A DNA stretch of 64,000 nt from Collinsella sp. (GCA_048434495.1 DBGAQS010000008.1:68836-132835); one strand, 5' to 3'; positions 10,101-19,644 are shown, numbered from the stretch's first letter. Notes: generated from the sequence alone by a model not told the origin. Translations and numbers: made by a program.

Positions 10101-10620
10101 TCTTGTTGGCCTGTTCGAGCTGATCGTTCAGGTCGCCCAGCTTCTTCTGCTGCTGCTCGGTCTTTTCGACGGCTGCCTTAAGCTCGTCGATCTTCTCCTG
10201 AAGCGCGGCTACCTCGGCCTCGTTCTGCTCGGCGGCGTTATCGGTCACGGCCTGCGAGGCCTGATTCTTTTGCTGCTGTGCCTGCTTTTGAGACTGGCCC
10301 TCCGCGTCGGCCTTCTTCTGGGCGGCATCGTAGGCGGCCTGAGCGTCCTTGAGCTGCTTTGCCGACTCCTCGGCCAGCTGGGCAGCCGTCTTTGCGACCG
10401 CTTGGTTACCGGCGGCAACGGTATTCTCTACAGAACTACCCCCCCCCTGAACAGAATCGCCGTTATCGGTTGACGGTGCGGCGATTGCCGCCAGCGGCGA
10501 CATGAGCGGCTGAGCGATGAGGCCCGCCGTCAAAACGGTTGCGACGGCGCGGTTAGCAACGCCCTTGACGTTGACGGCCTTGGCCCGAGGCTCAAAGTGT
10601 TGTGGATTGTAGTTTGCCAT
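7168..10620 (-). CDS. Sortase-anchored Ala-rich coiled-coil surface protein with central CAP (SCP-like) domain
   Basis: N-terminal signal peptide; long A/K/Q/D heptad arms; CAP motifs NNLRKANG..L, GENLA and GHYLNII; C-terminal LAQTG + TM helix + RRRK tail. Confidence 0.85.
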   Translation of the reverse strand: MANYNPQHFEPRAKAVNVKGVANRAVATVLTAGLIAQPLMSPLAAIAAPSTDNGDSVQGGGSSVENTVAAGNQAVAKTAAQLAEESAKQLKDAQAAYDAAQKKADAEGQSQKQAQQQKNQASQAVTDNAAEQNEAEVAALQEKIDELKAAVEKTEQQQKKLGDLNDQLEQANKSVEDKTQALKDAKAKQDEAKKALDDAQAKLEAMGMDEYAAAKKAVEDAQAKLDDANKAVTTAQDNLDQAKAAEASAQQDKQNTEAALTTAQAKKQETAAALAVATTARDNAQQKFNQAQAALDAAVSGTGVDLSALEAAKIAAAGELKTAQDALEAATTADATAQANLQAAQTTVTAAQEKANAANAAVASAQSAYDAANKEYKDAASKRDAAKTAYEQAQQTEADKKAEYDRLVEARNQKRSEWETACAESTTAENAYDAANAEVEKLNQQIADLKSNMTVDQNVISQGMLGFMNYIISGSQFTATQKKNAQEAVSMLTGAADKAEWYDQYVDHDMSRDTNPLSLEQMRNALTYLDTQNNLRKANGQSALSVSLRMTAAAALNVSYSSNIWGHSGCYWDNGENLAGGGGAYTGGETEDTLGWPYTGLYTQEKEAFDKYVEKNSDLGNHRYDSYYIYQHYSSIYHECGHYLNIIDAGTKAIGIATGSGKNTDSEVTIFDYSSFDSEADFTVSEFKKLLNDYIDSAYNAGGTQEQKEQLKQLQNKLAEAQKTFGTTKEAYFAAVNKQDSARDAYTAADTNVNTAKGEYEKAKSGTAAAKTAYDAAKDALGGIDIESLKQNLDAAKGEAATAQAALDKANATLADSKTKAAEAAAHKAKARSARDAAKAKSEQANEAYGNATASVKDLAAKRDAAQADLANKQGSLGDAKKADDAAQTGVDKAQAADVQAATALSDAKQAVAAKTQAVSDAQAKAKAAEGELATANKAFERFAGAQKAVDDAKAAYDAAVAGVADAQKQLEAANEAVVDANFEIVKAKAELASDEALKADLEAVDHKASLAAGTTGNEKLVKLNAAYARYKAAVDAAAGLKAALGDADAKLSDANDAYAAALAELGDAKDALAAAQAEYDKYHPKAEPQAKPQVAQAAAKAPVAKKKATSAALAQTGDDSALAGEVFVIGGITLVAAGVTLSDRRRKQM

Positions 10621-10927
10621 GGCTTTCTCCCTTTGACACGGATGTATCCATACGTATCAAACGGTAGCTGTCGATTTTTGAATTCTGTTGCGCAACATTG
10701 GCGACCAGCGTATTTTTTGAAATTCACGCTCTCGTGCTTCACAGTTTCGTCACATTTGAAGGAGCTGGTGCATCATATTCTCGCGGGATGGAATTGAGCC
10801 TGTGATTTGCATTTGCTCCCGCGTCATCCGCCCTATCGGATTCCGCATCCAACAGACACCCCGCCCGCCACGGTGTAGAGTTAGGACAACGGGCGCGTTG
10901 CGCGGACCGCGCTGGAACGAGGTGGAC

Positions 10928-12067
10928 ATGGAACTCGATAAGCAACAGATCAAGCGACTACGCGAACGCCATCACCGGCGCCACGGCATCCGCCCTGCCC
11001 ATAGTGAGGCTGCCGAGCAGGCTGGTCGCTTTTTAAAGCGCACATTCAACATTCGCGAAGGTCGCGCGCCCTATCACGTAATCCGCAAGCGCTTTGTAAA
11101 CGGGGCGCGCCTGACCGGCTCTCACCTGTGCATCCTCATCATCGCCATGCTCATCGCAAGCATCGGCCTCGATATCGATTCGGACATTGCCATCGTGGGC
11201 GCCATGCTCATCTGCCCGCTTATGGGCTCGGTCCTTGCCATGGCATACGGTATTGCAACGCTCGACCGCGAGATCACCGTCGAGGCCATTGCCAGCCTCG
11301 CACTGCAGATGGTCTTTTGCCTGGTCACGTCCACGCTGTACTTTAAGCTCTCGCCCCTTGGCACCACCACGGCGGCCATCATCGACAACTCGACACCCAC
11401 CATATGGGACCTTGCCGTCGCGCTCGCGGGCGGCTTTGCGGGTGGCCTGGGCAACTCGCGCGACCAGGAACCCGCCACGCTCATCGCCGGCGTGGCCGTG
11501 GCGACCGCGCTCATGCCGCCCCTGTGCGCGGCGGGCTATGGCATCGCCATCGCAAGCGGGTCGCTGTTTCTCTCGGCGCTCTACGAGTTTGGCATCAACG
11601 TGGTCTTTATCGCACTGGCCGCCGAAGCCGTGCTGCTTCTTTTGCGTGTGCCGCTCAAGCGCGACCTCAACGGCGACGGCATTGTGACCGCCGAGGAAAA
11701 CGCTGAGGTCAACGAGCTGTCACGCAAAGTGCGCCGCCGCATTATTGTGGGCACGGTGATCTTTGCCATCCCCTGCATCGTTGTGACCGCGGGTTCCATT
11801 GGCTCGGCGCAGGCCGGCGTGCAGGACGGCTACGGCGTCACCGAGACCACACGCGAGCTTGCCGCGGTGCTGCCGGGCTTTAAGGATTACACCGTCGCCG
11901 TCGAGACCTCGGCCACCGAAGGGGACGAAGAAGGCATCGTCGAGCGCGAGATTGTCGCCCATGTGACGACAGGCGAGGCGCTTGGGGCACACGACCGCCA
12001 CGTCGCCCGCAAGCTCATAGACCTCAACGTACCCGAGCTCGATCGCGTGGAATTTGACGTGAAGTGA
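10928..12067 (+). CDS. DUF389 family membrane protein
   Basis: IASIGL...IVGAMLICPLMG and AGVAVATALMPPLC motifs; GAGGTGG RBS before MELDK. Confidence 0.85.
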   Translation: MELDKQQIKRLRERHHRRHGIRPAHSEAAEQAGRFLKRTFNIREGRAPYHVIRKRFVNGARLTGSHLCILIIAMLIASIGLDIDSDIAIVGAMLICPLMGSVLAMAYGIATLDREITVEAIASLALQMVFCLVTSTLYFKLSPLGTTTAAIIDNSTPTIWDLAVALAGGFAGGLGNSRDQEPATLIAGVAVATALMPPLCAAGYGIAIASGSLFLSALYEFGINVVFIALAAEAVLLLLRVPLKRDLNGDGIVTAEENAEVNELSRKVRRRIIVGTVIFAIPCIVVTAGSIGSAQAGVQDGYGVTETTRELAAVLPGFKDYTVAVETSATEGDEEGIVEREIVAHVTTGEALGAHDRHVARKLIDLNVPELDRVEFDVK

Positions 12068-12081
12068 TGCAGAGCGCAGCG

Positions 12082-12553
12082 CTACAGCTCGTACTTGTAC
12101 ACGCGGTAGATATACTTTTCGGCTTCCATCTCGTAGGTGGCGATGGGCAGTCCATAGCGATCGTACTCGGTAAAGGTCTTGGCCTGGCCCGATGCCACGA
12201 GCATGTTATTTGAATCGCCAACGCGCTGCGCACTGCTCACATAGCCCGAGAACGGCACCGCGATCTGGTCTTCGAGCTCGTAGGTGCGCGCCGTCTCGTC
12301 CACTGTAAAGATGCGCCCAAACGAATGCGTGCCCTTGTTGTAGTCAGTCACCACCGCGGCGCCCAGCTGGCCCCAGTCGAACTTGGGATAGCTTTCGGCC
12401 GCACCAAAGTTGTTGTCGTATAGCAGCACCTGGTAGCGACCAGTCGCTGCCGTGTCAGAACTCGGCAGATACGTCACGCTGTGCTGGCCTGCATTGAGCG
12501 AGAAATCGCCCTGGGCCTGCAATAACTTGTCTTCAAAGCCTGAGCCAGCCCAT
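12082..12553 (-). pseudogene. C-terminal remnant of an aryl-sulfate sulfotransferase (ASST-like)
   Basis: AGQHS, LYDNN, SGYVSSAQ and YRVYKY motifs. The frame extends up to WAGSGFEDKLL, then reaches an upstream TGA (12588-12586). The strong RBS+ATG at 12553 is out of frame. Confidence 0.7.
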
Positions 12554-12639
12554 TGCCACTCCTTTCTATTTCTGGGTCCATCTTCTCACTGCTGGCGGCC
12601 GAAAATGATCCGTTTTCCTCCGACCCCGAGGGATCGTTC

Positions 12640-13599
12640 TTAGTACTTGAAGAAGCCCTCGCCCGAGCTTTCGCCCAGCTTGCCTTCGTCGAGCATTTTC
12701 TTGAGGACGGAGGCCATGGCCTTAAAGTTGTAGGGCATCATCATCTTCTTGAGCAGCGGGCTCACCAGGCCCGGCACCTTCTGATACTGCATGACGATGT
12801 TGTAGGCCGTCTGGATACCCACCGTGTCGAATACGCGGAACGGGCCCTTGGGAGCGCCGGTGCCACGCGTCCACGCGAGGTCGATGCTCTTGGGATCGCT
12901 CACGCCCGAGACGTACAGATCAAGGCCCGAAAGCAGCCACGGTACCAACATGGAGTTGAGCAGATAACCGTTCTTTTCCTTGTTGACGGGCAACGCCAGC
13001 ATACGGATGTCGTTGGCAAAGTCGACGAGTTCATCGAAGTAGCGCTTGTCGGTCTGGTCCTGTGCCATGACCTCGGTCATGTTGTTCTTCCAGATAGAGT
13101 TGGCAAAGTGCAGCGACAGGTACTTCTCGGGGCGGCCAGTGTACTTGGCAAAGGTACTCGGCAGTAACGTGGAGGAGTTGGTCACGACGACGGTCTTTTG
13201 CGGAAGGACCGGGGCGAGCTTCTTGTAGAAGTCAATCTTTGCCTGGGTATCCTCAGCCATAGACTCGATGACCAAATCGGCGTCGGCCACTGCCTTGGCA
13301 AGATCGAGCTCCAGCTTGAGTGTGGAGTAGGCGCGCTCAACGGCGGCGAGTGCCGCCTCTTTGTCGAAGGGCTTGCCGCTATCGGCGATACCGGAGCACC
13401 ACTCGCCCGTGCCGTCCGCCATACCCTCGATTGCCGCGATGTACTCCTCGCGCACATGATCGATCTTGGGCTGGGTGCGGCCGATGCTGCCCTCGCTGCG
13501 CAGCCAAATCGTTACATCGAAGCCGCAGTAGGCAGCCTGAAAGGCAATCTGGCTTCCCAGCACGCCGCCGCCGGCAACGCAAACGGTCTTGTAGCTCAT
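12640..13599 (-). CDS. 3-hydroxyacyl-CoA dehydrogenase (NAD-binding)
   Basis: GGGVLGSQIA Rossmann motif, ADLVIES, TNSSTL, HFAN and GPFRVFDTVG. Confidence 0.9.
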   Translation of the reverse strand: MSYKTVCVAGGGVLGSQIAFQAAYCGFDVTIWLRSEGSIGRTQPKIDHVREEYIAAIEGMADGTGEWCSGIADSGKPFDKEAALAAVERAYSTLKLELDLAKAVADADLVIESMAEDTQAKIDFYKKLAPVLPQKTVVVTNSSTLLPSTFAKYTGRPEKYLSLHFANSIWKNNMTEVMAQDQTDKRYFDELVDFANDIRMLALPVNKEKNGYLLNSMLVPWLLSGLDLYVSGVSDPKSIDLAWTRGTGAPKGPFRVFDTVGIQTAYNIVMQYQKVPGLVSPLLKKMMMPYNFKAMASVLKKMLDEGKLGESSGEGFFKY

Positions 13600-13771
13600 A
13601 GGAACAGTCCTCTCTTACGTAATTCCATAGATGTGTATTTATTCAACCGTAAGAGGGCTGCACACTGGGGGTGGGTTCTATAAACGGACGGTAATTTGCG
13701 GCGAACGGCTACATCTGTTCATTATCTCAGGGTTCCGAGGGCGATTTTTTGTGCCACCGAGACGTCGTTTG

Positions 13772-13896
13772 CGGAAGTATGCGGCAAATTCCGGAACCCT
13801 TGAGCACCCCCCGATTTTCCGCCAATAAAACCGCAGGTACAGGGCTTGGACATATTCGGTGTGCTCGGTCTATTCAGATTTTGCCGCATACTTCCG
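13772..13896. repeat. MITE-like element with 17-bp perfect inverted termini
   Basis: cggaagtatgcggcaaa (13772-13788) / tttgccgcatacttccg (13880-13896). Confidence 0.6.
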
Positions 13897-14017
13897 AAAT
13901 CTGAGTTCGCAAAGGGTGATAGTCGGGGCGTTTACGCAACATATGTCCAAGCAAAAACGGGTGGTAGCCGGTACGGCCACCACCCGTTTGTCTCATATCC
14001 AGCCCATAGCAGGCCAG

Positions 14018-17000
14018 CTACTTCTTAATGCCGCGTCCCAGGCGCTCAGCGACCGACGCCACGGCGCTCTCATCGACCGAACCGCAGCTCACGCAGCCGT
14101 CGTGGGCACGCATCTGGCCGGTGACCTCGTCCATCGCGAGCGGCGCCACCTTCTCAAGCTTAAAGCCCTTGCCGGCGCGCATGTTTTCCTTGGCCACGCT
14201 GATCATGAGCTTAATACGGTTGAGCTGGTTGACCTCGGACGCACCAGGATCATAGTCCACCGCAACGATGTTGCTCTCGGGATGCTGGCGGCGCAGCTCC
14301 TTAATCACGGCCTTGCCCACCACGTGATTGGGCAGGCACGCGAAGGGCTGCGTGCAGATGATGTTGGGCGCACCGTGGTCAATCAGATCGAGCATCTCAG
14401 CCGTGAGCAGCCAGCCCTCGCCCATGTTGTTGCACACCGAAAGCACCGTGCGGGCCTTGTCGGCCATGGTGCCGATGCGCTCGGGCGCCTCGAAGCGGCG
14501 GGACTTCTCGAGCATCTCCTCCACCGGCGTGCGCATCCAGTCCACGAGCTTGATGAGCGCCTGCATACCAGCGCGCGTGGTAGCGGAGCTTCCCAACTCG
14601 TCCTTCTGCAGCTCGGCGTTGCTCATGGAGTACAGGAAAAAGTCGAGCAGACCCGGCACCACGGCCTCGCAGCCCTCGCGCTCGATGACATCGACCACGT
14701 GGTTGTTGGCTGTGGGATGGAACTTGACCAGGATCTCGCCGACCACGCCCACGCGCGGCTTGGTACCCTCGCCCACGAGCGGCATGGTGTCGAACGCGCG
14801 GATGGCCTCGCGGCACAGCTTGGTGTAGTTGTGGCGGTTAAACTTGGGCGCCAGCTTGCGAGCGCGCGCCATGTACTCCTCGTAGAGCGCGTTGGCGGCA
14901 CCGGGCGTAGCCTCGTACGGGCGGCAGCGATAGAGCATCTGCATCATCACGTCGCCAAAGAGCACCGCGTAGACTGCCTGCTTAAGCAGCGCCGGCGTAA
15001 TCTTAAAGCCAGGGTTGTCCTCGCCCAGCGCCACGGCCGAAAGCGAGATCACCGGGATCTCGGGGTGGCCGCTCTCGCGCAGGGCCTTGCGGATGAGTGC
15101 GATGTAGTTGGTGGCACGGCAGCCGCCGCCGGTCTGGCTGATAACCACGGCTGTCTTGGACAGGTCGTATCGACCGCTCTCGATGGCCTCCATGATCTGG
15201 CCCGTCACCAGGATCGACGGATAGCAGATGTCGTTGTTCACGTAGCGCAGGCCGGCCTCGACGGCATCGTGATCGGTCGAGGGCAGCAGCTCCAAGTTGT
15301 AGCCGGCACCACGGAACACCTCTTTGACCAGGTCAAAGTGGATCGGCGCCATCTGCGGGCACAGGATGGTGTAGCCCTCCTCGCGCATCTGCTCGGTAAA
15401 GGGCACCTTGGGCCACGCGGTCGAAGCACTCTCGCGCTGCGCCTCGAACGTGTACTTACGGCTCGCGAACGCGGGGGCATCCGTGGAGGGCGCCACCGGC
15501 GCGGCATCGCCCTGCTCGTAAGTCTCGCCCGCTGCCGTGGCCTCGGCCAAGCGCTCGGCCTCCTGGTCCTTGAGCGCCGCCATGAGCGAGCGGATGCGGA
15601 TACGCGCGGCGCCCAAGTTGGACACCTCGTCAATCTTGAGCACGGTGTAGATCTTGCCGCTGGCCTCAAGGATTTCCTGCACCTGGTCGGTGGTCAGAGC
15701 GTCCAGGCCGCAGCCGAAGGAATTGAGCTGGATCAGGTCCAGGTCGTTGCGCATCGTCACAAAACGGGCGACGGCGTACAGGCGGCTGTGATACATCCAC
15801 TGATCGACGACGCGAATCGGACGCTCGGGCTTCACCAGATGCGCGAGCGAATCCTCGGTAAAGACCGCAAAGCCAAAGCTCGAGATAAGCTCGGGCAGGG
15901 CATGGTTGATCTCGGGGTCGTTATGGTAGGGACGACCGGCGAGTACGATGCCGTGGCCGCCGTGGTCCTCGACCCACTTAAGGGCCTCCTCGCCCATGGT
16001 CTGGATGTCCTCGTGAAAACGCGCGTCGGCCTCGTAGGCGGCGTTGACGGCGGCATCGACCTCAGAGCGCGTGATCTTGGGACCGCGCACGCGACCGCGA
16101 CCGGCCTCAGCATCGGCCACACGGTCGACGGCGAGCACCTGGTATAGACGGCGCTTGAGCTCGGTCTTGTCGTGATAGGGCACAAACGGGTACAGGAACT
16201 CGATGTTCTGCTCACGGATCTCGTCGATGTTGAGCGCCAGCGCCGTGGGGTAGCTCATGACGATGGGGCAGTTATAGCAGTTGCCGGCGGTCGGATCCTC
16301 CTTGCGCTCCCAGCGCACGCACGGCATCCAGATAAAGTCGACATCGCGGTCGATGAGGTTCATCACGTGGCCGTGGCTCATCTTGGCCGGATAGCACACG
16401 CTCTCGGACGGCATGGACTCGATGCCCGCCTGGTAGGTCTTTTTGCTCGACTGGTCGGACAGCTGCACGCTAAAGCCCAGGCGCGTAAAGAACGCATGCC
16501 AGAAGGGGTAGTTCTCGTACATGTTGAGTGCGCGCGGGATACCCACGGTGCCGCGCGGGGCCTCGTCGGGGCTCAGGACCTCGCGGTCAAAGAGCAGCTC
16601 GTTTTTCTTTTTGAAGAGGTTGGGGGCCTCGGTCTTCTGCTTTTTGTGGCCGGCGCCCTTCTCGCAGCGGTTGCCGGTAATGAAGCGCCTACCGCCGCCA
16701 AAGTCGTTGACGGTGAGCTGGCAGTTGTTGGAGCAACGGCCGCAGCGGACATGCTTTTGCGTCACGGTGAGGTGCGCGATGTCCTCGGCAGAAAGAATGG
16801 TCGAGGTGCCGTCGGCGCCGGCGCGATCGCGGGCGAGCAGGGCCGCACCGTAGGCGCCCATGCAGCCGGCGATGTCGGGACGCACGGCATGAACGCCGGT
16901 GAGCTGCTCAAACGCGCGCAGCGTGGCATCGGACATAAAGGTGCCGCCCTGGACGATTACCTGGCTGCCGATCTCCTTGGGATCGCGCAGCTTAATGACC

Positions 17001-18799
17001 TTGAACAGGGCATTCTTGATGACGGAATAGGACAGGCCGGCGGCGATGTCGCCCACCGTGGCGCCTTCCTTTTGCGCCTGCTTGACGCGCGAGTTCATAA
17101 AGACCGTGCAGCGACTTCCCAGGTCGACCGGGGCTTTGGCATGGATGGCGGCGTTGGCGAACGCGCGCACGTCCATGTTCATAGAGACGGCGAAGCTCTC
17201 GATAAAGCTACCGCAACCCGACGAGCAGGCCTCGTTGAGCATGATGTGCTCGATGACGCCGTCCTTGACGCGCAGGCACTTCATGTCCTGGCCGCCAATG
17301 TCCAGAATGAACTCGACGCCGGGCAGGAACGCCTTGGCGCCGCGCAGGTGCGCGACGGTCTCGATCTCGCCGGAATCGGCCTTGAGGGCCTCGATGAGCA
17401 GCGCCTCGCCGTAGCCCGTGGTGGTCACGTGGCCGATGGTGCAGCCCGCGGGGATGTGGTTGTAGAAATCGGCCATGATGACCTTGGCCGTGCCTAGGAT
17501 GTCGCCGTTGTTGTTGCCGTACCAGGTGTGCAGCAGCTGACCGTCCTCGCCCACGAGCGCGGCCTTCATGGTGGTGGAGCCGGCGTCGATGCCGATGAAC
17601 ACGCGTCCGGTGTAGCCTTCGAGCTTGCCCTTGGGGACGACCTCGGTGTCGTGGCGGGTCTTGAACTCGGCAAAGTCCTCGTCGGTGGCAAAGAGCGGAT
17701 CCAGACGCTCGACCTCGGCACCCTGCGTGTCACCCAGGGCATCGATGGCCCCGATGAGCTGCGGGAACGTGCTGAGCTTGTTGGACTCGTGCGCCATGGC
17801 GGCGCCGCTCGCCACAAACAGGTGAGCGTTTTGGGGCACGATACGGTGCTCCTCGTCCAGGTTGAGCGTGAGGTAGAAGCGGTGGCGCAGCTCGGAGAGA
17901 TACTGCAGCGGGCCGCCCAGGAAGGCGACGTTGCCGCGGATGGGACGGCCGCACGCCAGGCCCGAGATGGTCTGGGTCACGACAGCCTGGAAGATGGAGG
18001 CGGCCACGTCCTCGGGGCGGGCGCCCTCGTTGAGCAGCGGCTGCACGTCGGTCTTGGCAAAGACGCCGCAGCGGCTGGCGATGGGATAGATGGTGGTGGC
18101 GTTGGCCGCGAGCTCGTTGAGGCCGCTGGCGTCGGTGTGGAGCAGGGTTGCCATCTGGTCGATGAACGCACCCGTGCCGCCGGCGCAGGTGCCGTTCATG
18201 CGCTGCTCGATGCCGTTATCGAAGTAGATGATCTTGGCATCCTCGCCGCCCAGCTCGATGGCGACATCGGTGGCCGGGATGAGGGTCTCGACGGCACGCT
18301 TGCTGGCGATGACCTCCTGGACAAACTCCAGGTCGAGCCACTGGGACAGCAGAAGGCCGCCCGAGCCGGTGATGGCGCAGGTCATCTGGGCCGTCGGCAG
18401 CACGGTCGCAGCGCCCTCGAACAGGTCGCGGGCGCAGGCACGGACGTCGGTGTGGTGGCGCTGGTACTTGGCGTAGACGATCTGGTTGTCGTCGTTGAGC
18501 ACGGCAAGTTTAACGGTGGTGGAGCCCACGTCGATGCCCAGGTGCAGGTTGCCGCGAGCGTTCTCGGGGTTGAAGATCGCGCCTTCGGGGGCGTGGGCGG
18601 CGGCTACGGGCTCGGCAGCGGTAGCGGGCTCGCTGGCGACGGACGTCTCCCCTGCCGCGTTCTTGGCATCGGCAACTGCCTCGGCAACTTTCTCGGCAGC
18701 CGCGGTCGCGGCCTTCTGCGCGGCGTCCACCACGGCGGGCGCGGCCTCGCGTGCGGCAGCGACCATGCGGTCCTTGATGCCATCGACGAGTTTGCTCAT
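14018..18799 (-). CDS. Acyl-CoA dehydratase activase-related fusion protein (two HgdC/BadF-type ASKHA ATPase domains + DUF2229-like + dehydratase-like C-terminus)
   Basis: GIDVGSTT and GIDAGSTT, MNGTCAGGTG and NEACSSGCG, SRCGVF/SRCTVF, CYPAK, SFGCGLD and PFACLPNH. Confidence 0.88.
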   Translation of the reverse strand: MSKLVDGIKDRMVAAAREAAPAVVDAAQKAATAAAEKVAEAVADAKNAAGETSVASEPATAAEPVAAAHAPEGAIFNPENARGNLHLGIDVGSTTVKLAVLNDDNQIVYAKYQRHHTDVRACARDLFEGAATVLPTAQMTCAITGSGGLLLSQWLDLEFVQEVIASKRAVETLIPATDVAIELGGEDAKIIYFDNGIEQRMNGTCAGGTGAFIDQMATLLHTDASGLNELAANATTIYPIASRCGVFAKTDVQPLLNEGARPEDVAASIFQAVVTQTISGLACGRPIRGNVAFLGGPLQYLSELRHRFYLTLNLDEEHRIVPQNAHLFVASGAAMAHESNKLSTFPQLIGAIDALGDTQGAEVERLDPLFATDEDFAEFKTRHDTEVVPKGKLEGYTGRVFIGIDAGSTTMKAALVGEDGQLLHTWYGNNNGDILGTAKVIMADFYNHIPAGCTIGHVTTTGYGEALLIEALKADSGEIETVAHLRGAKAFLPGVEFILDIGGQDMKCLRVKDGVIEHIMLNEACSSGCGSFIESFAVSMNMDVRAFANAAIHAKAPVDLGSRCTVFMNSRVKQAQKEGATVGDIAAGLSYSVIKNALFKVIKLRDPKEIGSQVIVQGGTFMSDATLRAFEQLTGVHAVRPDIAGCMGAYGAALLARDRAGADGTSTILSAEDIAHLTVTQKHVRCGRCSNNCQLTVNDFGGGRRFITGNRCEKGAGHKKQKTEAPNLFKKKNELLFDREVLSPDEAPRGTVGIPRALNMYENYPFWHAFFTRLGFSVQLSDQSSKKTYQAGIESMPSESVCYPAKMSHGHVMNLIDRDVDFIWMPCVRWERKEDPTAGNCYNCPIVMSYPTALALNIDEIREQNIEFLYPFVPYHDKTELKRRLYQVLAVDRVADAEAGRGRVRGPKITRSEVDAAVNAAYEADARFHEDIQTMGEEALKWVEDHGGHGIVLAGRPYHNDPEINHALPELISSFGFAVFTEDSLAHLVKPERPIRVVDQWMYHSRLYAVARFVTMRNDLDLIQLNSFGCGLDALTTDQVQEILEASGKIYTVLKIDEVSNLGAARIRIRSLMAALKDQEAERLAEATAAGETYEQGDAAPVAPSTDAPAFASRKYTFEAQRESASTAWPKVPFTEQMREEGYTILCPQMAPIHFDLVKEVFRGAGYNLELLPSTDHDAVEAGLRYVNNDICYPSILVTGQIMEAIESGRYDLSKTAVVISQTGGGCRATNYIALIRKALRESGHPEIPVISLSAVALGEDNPGFKITPALLKQAVYAVLFGDVMMQMLYRCRPYEATPGAANALYEEYMARARKLAPKFNRHNYTKLCREAIRAFDTMPLVGEGTKPRVGVVGEILVKFHPTANNHVVDVIEREGCEAVVPGLLDFFLYSMSNAELQKDELGSSATTRAGMQALIKLVDWMRTPVEEMLEKSRRFEAPERIGTMADKARTVLSVCNNMGEGWLLTAEMLDLIDHGAPNIICTQPFACLPNHVVGKAVIKELRRQHPESNIVAVDYDPGASEVNQLNRIKLMISVAKENMRAGKGFKLEKVAPLAMDEVTGQMRAHDGCVSCGSVDESAVASVAERLGRGIKK

Positions 18800-18810
18800 T
18801 ATCTCTCCTC

Positions 18811-19521
18811 TTAGTTGTTGGACTCGACGGTTGCGGCGGTGTCGGCCGTATCCTCGAGCTGCAGGTTCAATAGCTTCAAGCCGTATTCCGGCACGTTGAT
18901 ATCGATGGGTTGGCCATATAGGTCGCCGGGACGCACAAAGGCGATAACCGTCATAATGCGTGCCATGGCCTCGGGCGATTCGGTGAGGCCGTGCTCAAAC
19001 CAGCGCTGAATCATGCCGACCTCGGCGCTCACGACGTAGGTAACGTAGTAGTCAAAGAACGTGCCCAGCGCCAGGCCCAAGATGCCCGTCTGTGCACGAG
19101 GCACCACGGCCTCACGCGCGGTGTCGATAATCTTCTTAATGAAAGCCTGGTCGCCGCCCGGGCCCAGCAGCGATCCGATTAAATCGCGGTTGGCCGCAAG
19201 GTAGCGCAGCAACTCAACCGAACCGGGCGCCGGCTCGAGCTCATCGATGTTGTGATAGAGATCGGGCAACTGAGCTGCGGTGATGAGCTCAATGCGCTCG
19301 CGGATCTCGGCCAGCAAGCCGTCCTCGATTTGATTGATAAAGTCGGGAATATCGCGGTAGTGCGAATAGAACGTGCGGCGCGTAAGGCCGGCGCGCTCGG
19401 TGAGCGACGCGACATTAATGTGCGAAAGGTCGCCGCTTTCGGCAAGCTCGCTGGCAAGTGCTTGGCGTAGGGCACGCTGCGAGCGAAGGGACCGGCGATC
19501 ACATTTCTCGAGCTGGGACAA
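18811..19521 (-). CDS. TetR/AcrR family transcriptional regulator
   Basis: DRRSLRSQ...LTERAGLTRRTFYSHY HTH; GGAGG RBS before TTG; directly upstream of the activase gene. Confidence 0.9.
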   Translation of the reverse strand: MSQLEKCDRRSLRSQRALRQALASELAESGDLSHINVASLTERAGLTRRTFYSHYRDIPDFINQIEDGLLAEIRERIELITAAQLPDLYHNIDELEPAPGSVELLRYLAANRDLIGSLLGPGGDQAFIKKIIDTAREAVVPRAQTGILGLALGTFFDYYVTYVVSAEVGMIQRWFEHGLTESPEAMARIMTVIAFVRPGDLYGQPIDINVPEYGLKLLNLQLEDTADTAATVESNN

Positions 19522-19550
19522 GCGTCCTCCTTGTTACTCAGTCTGCGCGC

Positions 19551-19587
19551 TATTGCACAGTGCGAGTATTATTGCACACCGTGTGTA
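19551..19587. promoter_or_regulatory. Candidate TetR operator palindromes
   Basis: tgcacac-c-gtgtgta (19573-19587) and a weaker tgcac-a-gtgcg just upstream of the TetR gene. Confidence 0.4.
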
Positions 19588-19612
19588 TCAACACGTAAAG
19601 GCAATATTTTGG

Positions 19613-19644
19613 ATGTGACAAAGGGGCTGTCCCTTTGTCACATT
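19613..19644. repeat. 32-bp palindrome (left copy)
   Basis: atgtgacaaaggggctgtccctttgtcacatt; near-identical copy at 20364-20395. Confidence 0.75.

Noticed and set aside
10620..10927. c-di-GMP riboswitch upstream of the surface protein
   Set aside because: Only a short GGAGCTGGTGCA resemblance, on the wrong strand for that gene; the class I and II consensus elements are absent.
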